From a bacterium (GTDB lineage: Bacteria; Margulisbacteria; Marinamargulisbacteria; CANKTL01), in contig CANKTL010000002.1 in the NCBI GenBank assembly GCA_947486405.1, positions 1 to 42,935 on the forward strand: a DNA stretch of 42,935 nucleotides, in the 5' to 3' direction. Position 1 is the first letter of the stretch, and each line of letters starts with the position of its first letter. The position numbers and the translations under genes were made by a program. Positions 36,524 through 42,935 of this stretch are shown here, one piece after another. Below the pieces are notes generated by a model. The model saw nothing but the letters and a program-made list of their open reading frames with translations, was not told the DNA's origin and did no database searches.

Positions 36524-37206
36524 GCCTTAGGCAGCTGAAGGCGAAGCGTAATGCCGGATTCGGTGTTGTTTTCAATGAACACAAGGCCACCCATTGCGGT
36601 GACGAGGTAATTCACAGCAATGAGGCCATTTTTGCCTGACTGCGCCATGGGATTTTCAGATTCCCAGATATGGCGCAGTTGGGCGGGATCGATGCCGGGG
36701 CCATCATCGGTCACGATTAGTTGGTAGTACGGGGCGGCGCTGGGATCTTCGTTGAACTCTAGCAAGATGACCTCTAGCCGAGGGGCCTGCTGTGGGTGGT
36801 GACGCACGGCATTTTGGATGATTTCGTGGGTGATGAATTTCAGCGCTTGGGGGTCGGCATGGCAAAACGCGGTGGTGGGAAGCGTGAGGATGGCCGGAGT
36901 TGGCGAGGGAAGCAAGGTAGCCACAGTCTCGCGGATTAGGTCGGCCCAGGGTTGGGGGCCCGGAGAGAGCGGTAACACGCGGGCGGCACTGGTTTTGAAT
37001 TGGGTAATAGTTTCCCGAAATTGAGTGCTGAACTGGAACATGTCTTGCGAGACAACCTCGTAGGGAAGTTCAGCGTCTTGGGCTTCATCTAGTTTATAGA
37101 TTATTTTGGTGAGCGGTTTAATAGCTTCGTGGCATAGGTCTTTAATAATTGCCTTTTGAACAGCGATTGCTTTGATTGAGGAATCTCCCCACACGGTTTC
37201 GCCCAT
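36520..37206 (-). CDS. Soluble histidine-kinase core (DHp + HATPase_c) without a sensor or TM domain
   Basis: H-box DLCHEAIKPL, N-box IIQNAVRH, G1 VTDDGPGID, G2 GKNGLIAVNYLVTAMGG. Its ATG overlaps the cyclase TAA (TAATG). Confidence 0.7.
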   Translation of the reverse strand: MGETVWGDSSIKAIAVQKAIIKDLCHEAIKPLTKIIYKLDEAQDAELPYEVVSQDMFQFSTQFRETITQFKTSAARVLPLSPGPQPWADLIRETVATLLPSPTPAILTLPTTAFCHADPQALKFITHEIIQNAVRHHPQQAPRLEVILLEFNEDPSAAPYYQLIVTDDGPGIDPAQLRHIWESENPMAQSGKNGLIAVNYLVTAMGGLVFIENNTESGITLRLQLPKA

Positions 37207-39065
37207 TATTCGTCCTCCGGACCAGCGGTCATATCCACATCCACTACTTCATATATTTTAACGGCATTGTTCTTGCCCTTCACAGTAACCTCTCCCAGAT
37301 CTTTTACCTTGCAAATCGATTTGACGTGGGCGTAGGTGAATTCGGAGATGATGAGATAACACGGTTGGGCGGTGGTGCCATGATGCCGAGTCTCTGCCTC
37401 GAGACGCGCACCCAGATTCACCGCATCACCAATTACGGTATAGTCTTTGTGCTGGGCCGAACCGATATTTCCCGTAATCATTTCACCGGTGTTAAGTCCC
37501 ATTCCAATGTCTAAAACCGCTTTTCCAGCCGCCGTCCATTGGGCCTGCAAAATGCGAAGCTCGGCCAATTGATCCCAGCAACAGCGCAAGGCAAGACTGG
37601 CATGGTTGGGCTGAGTTAACGGAGCACCCCACACCGCCATGATCTCGTCGCCCACATATTTGTCTAAGGTGCCGCGCCACTTGAAAATCACGCGGGTCAT
37701 CGCATCTAGGTAGTCGTTCAGCTGATCCACAATTTCTTCAGGGGTATGGGCTTCTGAAAACGTGGTGAATGATCGAATATCTGAGAAAAAGACCGTAAGT
37801 TCTCGTTTTTCGCCGCCGAGTTTTAATCGTTTGGGGTCTTTGAGCAGTGTTTCTACCACTTCGGGGGACACGTATTGCTGGAATAGCGATTTCATTTCGC
37901 GCTTCTCCCGCTCGGCAAACCCGTAGCGTATTATTGCGATTACGATGTAGATACCGGTACCCAATGCCATTGGTGTTCCCCAGAATATCAATACCCTGCC
38001 CGCTATAAATGCCGTGATCGCAACTGCGGAATACCCCATTAAGACCCCGGCTACCCCCACCAATGCCTTCATCACCCGCGCCCGAGCTGACACATAAAGA
38101 ATCGGGGCGAGCACGAGGAGAGTTAGGCCCATGTTGGCCCAAAGGGGCACGCTTCGAATCATTTTGTTTTCAAGCAGGGTTTGCAGGACATTGGCGTGCA
38201 ATTCAACCCCGGACATTTCGCCGAAGGGGGTAAAAAAGAAATCATGGAGAACGGGGTCCGTGGCACCAATGAGGACCATTTTGTTTTTAAAAACATCCAT
38301 GTGGGGATAGCGCTGTTCTGCCACCTGATAAAACGGGATCATTTGGAACCGATGTGCCGGCCCCTGGTAGTTGATACGAATACGGCCATTTGCCTCAAAG
38401 GGAATGGCCCGTTTCCCGACTTGAATATGCCGGTCAGATTTAAGCGTAATTTGTGCGGTCGGCACCCCATCATAGTGCGCGAGCATCATGAGGTCCCAAG
38501 AAAATCGCTGGCGATTCTCTCCGATGGTAAAAAAGCCCCATGATTGGCGGACCAATTCGTCGGGATCAATGAATTGATTCACAAAACCAGTGTCGGCAAA
38601 GTCGCGGAAGGGTTTGATAGGCAAATCCCAGCTCACCATTTTAAAGCCATTCCCCGATTCCACGCTGCGTTTTGAGGCCAAAACCACGTTGCGATGTTGC
38701 GCAAATGCGGCTGACAGTACTGCATCTTCTTGCTCGCCCAGACTGCTTTCAGAATCAAACATAATGTCAAAGCCGATGACCTTGGCCCCATGCTGATTTA
38801 ATATGGCGACTAAGTCCGCGTAATAGGAACGGGGCCACGGCCATTTCCCGATTTTATCCAGGCTGGCCCGATCAATTTCGATAATGACAATTTGGGACGA
38901 CGACGGCTGAACACCCCGGATGGCAAATCGGGCATCAATACTCATTAATTCCAGATGATGAAACCGGGTTAACAGATAGGGCAAACACAGCCAAATGGCA
39001 ATTGCCAAACCGAGGCCAATCAGAAGTGTTACTGCGGTTGAAGTGATGGTTTTACGAGTCATCAT
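37206..39065 (-). CDS. CHASE2 sensor domain / class III adenylate-guanylate cyclase
   Basis: CHASE2 motif KIGKWPWPRSYYADLV..GFDIMF, TM segments, then cyclase motifs LTVFFSDIRSFTTFSE, GDEIMAVWGAP, GLNTGEMITGNIGS, YTVIGDAVNLGARLE. Confidence 0.88.
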   Translation of the reverse strand: MMTRKTITSTAVTLLIGLGLAIAIWLCLPYLLTRFHHLELMSIDARFAIRGVQPSSSQIVIIEIDRASLDKIGKWPWPRSYYADLVAILNQHGAKVIGFDIMFDSESSLGEQEDAVLSAAFAQHRNVVLASKRSVESGNGFKMVSWDLPIKPFRDFADTGFVNQFIDPDELVRQSWGFFTIGENRQRFSWDLMMLAHYDGVPTAQITLKSDRHIQVGKRAIPFEANGRIRINYQGPAHRFQMIPFYQVAEQRYPHMDVFKNKMVLIGATDPVLHDFFFTPFGEMSGVELHANVLQTLLENKMIRSVPLWANMGLTLLVLAPILYVSARARVMKALVGVAGVLMGYSAVAITAFIAGRVLIFWGTPMALGTGIYIVIAIIRYGFAEREKREMKSLFQQYVSPEVVETLLKDPKRLKLGGEKRELTVFFSDIRSFTTFSEAHTPEEIVDQLNDYLDAMTRVIFKWRGTLDKYVGDEIMAVWGAPLTQPNHASLALRCCWDQLAELRILQAQWTAAGKAVLDIGMGLNTGEMITGNIGSAQHKDYTVIGDAVNLGARLEAETRHHGTTAQPCYLIISEFTYAHVKSICKVKDLGEVTVKGKNNAVKIYEVVDVDMTAGPEDE

Positions 39066-39781
39066 TAAAATGCCAAGTTAATTCCGGCGCTTGCCATCAT
39101 CATCTGAATGGGGCCTTTAAATCGGGTTATTTGGACAGCGTTATTGGAAATTTGGACCGACGAAATCGAGTAATATTCAATTTCGCCCGTCATAAAATAA
39201 TTGAGGTTGATGTCGATATTGGCCGAAAAACCGACCCGTCCTGATCGGGAATACGCGGTTTGACGCAGGGGAATCAACGCGCCGATCCCCACCTGGCCAT
39301 AAGGTGTCGTGCTGGACTGAACCAATTTGGTGCCCACGATTCGCAGCGATTCCACGGAACTCCCGTCTCGCGAGGACACTTCGGTGTAAATGCCCATGAT
39401 ACCTGTGATTCCTTGCACGTACGGCTGGATCCCGTCGGAAGGCCACCGATAACGCGCGCCCACTCCCCCATGAAACAAATTGTTATCGAATTGGAATTCG
39501 ATGGCGTCCGACACGGCCGGATCGATGGTTTTGGCCGGCAATGCCTGCTTGCCATAGGCCCAGAATCCGAGGGACGCCACTACTGACACATTGGTAAATT
39601 GCCAATTGTAGGCGGTATCAATCCCCATGGTTAAGGCCGTTGTATTTTTGGCAAATGAGCCCACTGGCAGGGCGAAAATCGGCGAAAAAGTGATGTCATG
39701 GGCAATGGCAGTCGAGTGGAACGCCATAAAAAGACCCCCGAACGCAATTGCAACCTTCATCCCCCGACAGGTAGTTTTCAT
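39065..39781 (-). CDS. Small outer-membrane beta-barrel protein
   Basis: Signal peptide ..AIAFGGLFMAFHSTAIA, alternating beta pattern, C-terminal ..AGINLAF with a terminal Phe. Its stop TAA overlaps the cyclase ATG (TAATG). Alternative starts at 39823 and 39760. Confidence 0.6.
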   Translation of the reverse strand: MKTTCRGMKVAIAFGGLFMAFHSTAIAHDITFSPIFALPVGSFAKNTTALTMGIDTAYNWQFTNVSVVASLGFWAYGKQALPAKTIDPAVSDAIEFQFDNNLFHGGVGARYRWPSDGIQPYVQGITGIMGIYTEVSSRDGSSVESLRIVGTKLVQSSTTPYGQVGIGALIPLRQTAYSRSGRVGFSANIDINLNYFMTGEIEYYSISSVQISNNAVQITRFKGPIQMMMASAGINLAF

Positions 39782-39839
39782 GCTTAATTCTAGCACCGAA
39801 CAATTTGCCACCGACCCGCCCATCGCCTAAAATATTCAA

Positions 39840-40982
39840 ATGTCTGAACCAAGGCTTGATGTATCGGTGATTCTGCCGACCTATAACGAATCTGAAAATT
39901 TACCCCAGATTATCCCGATGATTTCGGCCGCGCTGCGCGACACCAACCTTAGCCACGAGATTGTGGTGATGGACGACCATTCGCCAGACGGCACTTATGC
40001 GGTGGCCTTGTCATTGGCGGATCAATTTCCGGTTCGGGCGATTGACCGGGTGGGGCTGCAACGTGGATTAAGTGCCGCTGTGATTGATGGATTTAAGGCC
40101 GCAACGGGTACGGTGGTAGCGGTGATGGATGCGGATATGAGCCATCCAATAGCGGTGCTGCCGGACATGGTGAAACGCATTTTGGACGGCAGCACTGATA
40201 TTGCGGTGGGCAGCCGGAACGTACCTGGCGGTGGCGCCGTGGAATGGCCCTGGTACCGCCGTTTGATTTCAAGTACTGCTGCTTGGCTAACTTTTGGCAT
40301 TACGCCGATGAGCGATCCCACTACCGGCTATATGGCAGTGCGTCGCTCGGTGTTGGAGTTTGATCGGTATAACCCCATCGGTTGGAAAATTGTATTGGAA
40401 ATTGTGGCCAAGCATCCCCAAGCCGATTTAAGCGAAATACCCATCGTGTTTCAAGATCGGCAATTTGGTAAAAGCAAAATGAGCTTGAAAGAACAGCGCC
40501 AATATATTCGGCATTTGCTGCGCCTCTATGACGAAAAATGGCCGTCCCTGTTTGAATTTTTGCGCTTCGGCGCAGTGGGGGCAACGGGGGTGATTGTGGA
40601 TACCATTGGCTCCTCCACCACAATTTTTTTCCTGGCCTCGGTGTTCGGGCTTCAATTCCAGTCCAGTTGGGCCGTCCGAGAATCGGCCTTGATATTGGGG
40701 GCGGCGATTGGGTTTTCACTGGCTTTAACTTCTAATTTCTTTTTGAATCGCAACTGGAGTTTTAAACACGGGGCGAAATTGCCGCTGGGATCTAGCTACT
40801 TTCGCTATTTGTTGGTGAATAGCCTCGGGCTGTGGCTACGTCTAGCGGTGGTATCGGTATTGGCGTTTTTCTTCACTTCCATTCCAGCGTTACAGGGAAT
40901 TAATTTAATTGGGATTTTAGTCGCCTGCGCCTTTAATTTTGTGGGGATCAAGTATTGGGCCTTCAAAAAGAGGATCGACTGA
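39840..40982 (+). CDS. Family-2 glycosyltransferase (polyprenyl-phosphate mannose/glucose synthase-like) fused to a GtrA-like membrane domain
   Basis: VILPTYNESENL, MDDHSPDGT, VMDADMSHP, GSRNVPGGG are typical of DPM1/Ppm1-type GT2 enzymes. The C-terminal ~130 aa have four TM segments with FLRFGAVGATG (GtrA-like). Confidence 0.8.
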   Translation: MSEPRLDVSVILPTYNESENLPQIIPMISAALRDTNLSHEIVVMDDHSPDGTYAVALSLADQFPVRAIDRVGLQRGLSAAVIDGFKAATGTVVAVMDADMSHPIAVLPDMVKRILDGSTDIAVGSRNVPGGGAVEWPWYRRLISSTAAWLTFGITPMSDPTTGYMAVRRSVLEFDRYNPIGWKIVLEIVAKHPQADLSEIPIVFQDRQFGKSKMSLKEQRQYIRHLLRLYDEKWPSLFEFLRFGAVGATGVIVDTIGSSTTIFFLASVFGLQFQSSWAVRESALILGAAIGFSLALTSNFFLNRNWSFKHGAKLPLGSSYFRYLLVNSLGLWLRLAVVSVLAFFFTSIPALQGINLIGILVACAFNFVGIKYWAFKKRID

Positions 40983-41089
40983 AAAGACGCACAAGCTGCA
41001 CAATTTTCGTAACGCTTAACTACACGCTGCGCTATCCGCTCGCGGTAGTCTACGCGTTTCGAGAAATTGCACATCTCACGCGTCTTTTC
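40981..41089 (-). repeat. Long-hairpin intergenic element, copy 3 (inverted relative to copies 1 and 2; most diverged)
   Basis: Reverse complement reads GAAAAGACGCGTGAGATGTGCAATTTCTCGAAACGCGTAGACTACC..GTGTAGTTAAGCGTTACGAAAATTGTGCAGCTTGTGCGTCTTTTC. Perfect 10 bp outer stem GAAAAGACGC/GCGTCTTTTC. Its first 2 nt overlap the TGA stop of the GT2 gene. Confidence 0.85.
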
Positions 41090-41156
41090 AGCCGGTTCAA
41101 TTTAGTACCTCTGGTCTTCACTTTAATCTTTTTTTAATATATTGTGTGCTGAGTAT

Positions 41157-42299
41157 ATGAGTTCACTATTTAAAATTGTGGGGTTGCCCCCAGAAATTCG
41201 GCATTTATTTAAAGCCGGTTTGTCGGCTGAAATGGTCCATCATCTAAATGATGTTTATCAACGCATAACAGGTAGCCCCATTTTGAAAATGGGATCTAAG
41301 ACTACCCCACTTCGCCCATTAAAAAGCATCGAAATACCGGGCGCTGATATCTGGATTAAAAACGAAACGGCCAATCGTGTTCATTCCTTTAAATGGCGCG
41401 GGGCGTATCACCTTATGCATCGGCTGTTCGGAGGTTCGGATCAGGTCGATAGGCGGGTGTGCACTGCCTCAGCGGGTAATCACGCTCAGGGAGTGGCCGC
41501 TGCAGCCAGAGACTTACAAGTTAGGGCAACTATAGTGATGCCAACCACGGCGGATCCGGTAAAGATCGGACGGGTAAGGGAAATTGGTGGGGAGTTCGTA
41601 GATGTGGTGCTCGTAGGGGCGACCTTCAATGACGCACTCACCCATGCCAATGGCCTAATGGCAGCGGATCCCAGCCAAATTTTTGTACATCCCTATGATG
41701 ATTTAGATGTGATGGCCGGGCAAGGCACTATCGGAATCGAAATACAAAGACAGCTTGCTTGTGGTATGAACGCTGACTTTGACTGGATTGCCGTGCCCGT
41801 TGGGGGCGGCGGCCTTTTGGCCGGTATGCTAGTTGGTATTAAAGCTACCCGTCCTGAGGTCAAAATTTTGGGAGTTGAGATGGCGGGAACGGAACGCCTG
41901 CCCGCGTTGATGGAGACTGGCCAACGAATTATGTTAACCACTGTCAATCCGTATGCGGGGGGTGTTGCCGTCAAACAGCTAGGGGCCCAAACCGCGCCTA
42001 TTATTCATGCACTGCTGGATGCGTATGTAGCCGTTTCAGACGAGGCTGTTATGGAAAGCATGTTGGTATTGAATTTAGACCGACCCGATATCGTGGAACC
42101 GTCAGGGGCTCTAGCCTTGGCTGGACTGACAGCCCATATTGAACAGCTTCGAATGCAAGGGGCCTTGGATGACCGGACCGCCTTAAAATGTCTGGCGGTG
42201 GTCAGCGGGGGGAATTATGAAAAAAGCCGCTCTGCGTCAGATTTAGAGAGCGCGCGTGACCGTCAGGGATTGGCCGTCAGAAGCGCCTCAATACCTTGA
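41157..42299 (+). CDS. PLP-dependent threonine/serine dehydratase-like enzyme (Trp-synthase beta superfamily)
   Basis: PLP-lysine motif HSFKWRGAY, ASAGNHAQG, glycine loop PVGGGGLLAG. ATG 41157 is preferred over TTG 41142. No clear ACT regulatory domain. Confidence 0.75.
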   Translation: MSSLFKIVGLPPEIRHLFKAGLSAEMVHHLNDVYQRITGSPILKMGSKTTPLRPLKSIEIPGADIWIKNETANRVHSFKWRGAYHLMHRLFGGSDQVDRRVCTASAGNHAQGVAAAARDLQVRATIVMPTTADPVKIGRVREIGGEFVDVVLVGATFNDALTHANGLMAADPSQIFVHPYDDLDVMAGQGTIGIEIQRQLACGMNADFDWIAVPVGGGGLLAGMLVGIKATRPEVKILGVEMAGTERLPALMETGQRIMLTTVNPYAGGVAVKQLGAQTAPIIHALLDAYVAVSDEAVMESMLVLNLDRPDIVEPSGALALAGLTAHIEQLRMQGALDDRTALKCLAVVSGGNYEKSRSASDLESARDRQGLAVRSASIP

Positions 42300-42303
42300 G
42301 GCG

Positions 42304-42935
42304 TTATAAACGGGTCGCTTCTATTGCGTTTTCACACCAGATAAACTGTTTTTTCGAGATATGAGGTTCAAGCACGGTTAGCTGCCATTCTGGGTGCGAC
42401 GTAACGGTTTTAAATTGAGTCGCGAGCTGGGTTATCAGTTGAGGGGTGGGTTCAATCCAAAGCAACGCGTCGCGGCCTTTTGGGATGTCACCGGTTTCCC
42501 ATTGGGCTATTTGGGTGTCGCCCCACCGAGGGTGCTCGGCGTTAATGGCCTGGGTCATTCCCACGGGATAGCCGGTTAAAATGGACAAGATTCCGACGGA
42601 GCCATGGAAGTCAGAAAGGATTTTGGGTGGGGTTGGGCTGGCCGCAATTTTGCCCTGGAGTTGGTGAACGACCTGCCGGTTATGGCGCACTTCGGATCGA
42701 AGGTACGAGGGTTGGACGAGGAGTAACACAGCTAATACCAGGCCCGTGAAAACCGAGGTGCTCATCAGCCATCGGCGCAGGCACGGGCTTTCGGCATCTG
42801 CAATGGCAATCACCATTGGAATCGTGGCGATGATGGGCCAGTGGGGGTAAACCTGGGTTTTGATGCTTAGCAAGGCAAAAGGTATCCATAGGATGCCGCT
42901 CAGCACTAGCATATCGCGGCGAACAATGGATCGCG
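42304..42935 (-). CDS. C-terminal part of a GT-C (GT39/ArnT-like) membrane glycosyltransferase; the gene continues beyond the window
   Basis: The frame stays open upstream of Met 42912 to the window edge (..RSIVRRDMLVLSG..). Several TM segments are followed by a soluble C-terminal domain. Family assignment is tentative. Confidence 0.45.
   Translation of the reverse strand, partial: RSIVRRDMLVLSGILWIPFALLSIKTQVYPHWPIIATIPMVIAIADAESPCLRRWLMSTSVFTGLVLAVLLLVQPSYLRSEVRHNRQVVHQLQGKIAASPTPPKILSDFHGSVGILSILTGYPVGMTQAINAEHPRWGDTQIAQWETGDIPKGRDALLWIEPTPQLITQLATQFKTVTSHPEWQLTVLEPHISKKQFIWCENAIEATRL

Noticed and set aside
40955-41137. 60 aa plus-strand ORF downstream of the GT2 gene
   Set aside because: It is the read-through translation of hairpin element copy 3. 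The equivalent regions of copies 1 and 2 do not keep an ORF, so the conservation is at the nucleotide or structure level.

Overview
This 42.9 kb window looks like chromosomal DNA from a diderm bacterium that I cannot place taxonomically. It contains several housekeeping blocks. These are tRNA-Gly/tig/clpP/clpX, class A PBP/trxB, infC/rpmI/rplT, rpmB/rpmG, dinG and a short ssb, plus three tRNAs: Leu-TAG, Gly-GCC and Arg-TCT. Lineage-specific signalling and envelope genes lie between them: KaiC-like ATPases (one fused to a receiver domain), a tandem pair of atypical kinase-like paralogs, and a small gene cluster beside tRNA-Arg with a CX5R dual-specificity phosphatase and a possible kinase-like protein. 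There is also a translationally coupled OMP / CHASE2-cyclase / histidine-kinase-core operon, a 1962-1975 aa modular surface protein with a FlgD-Ig/T9SS-like C-terminal domain followed by a PorV-like porin, and a pair of secreted beta-sandwich-like proteins. I found no CRISPR array, rRNA, transposase or integrase. The strongest unexplained signal is a three-copy family of ~110-130 nt long-hairpin elements with compensatory base changes. Each copy abuts the stop codon of an envelope or membrane gene in the same relative orientation. The second is the kinase-like tandem duplication, whose copied 5' leader still carries a relic of the dinG 3' end. All functional calls rest on motifs read by eye from the translations; no database search was run.
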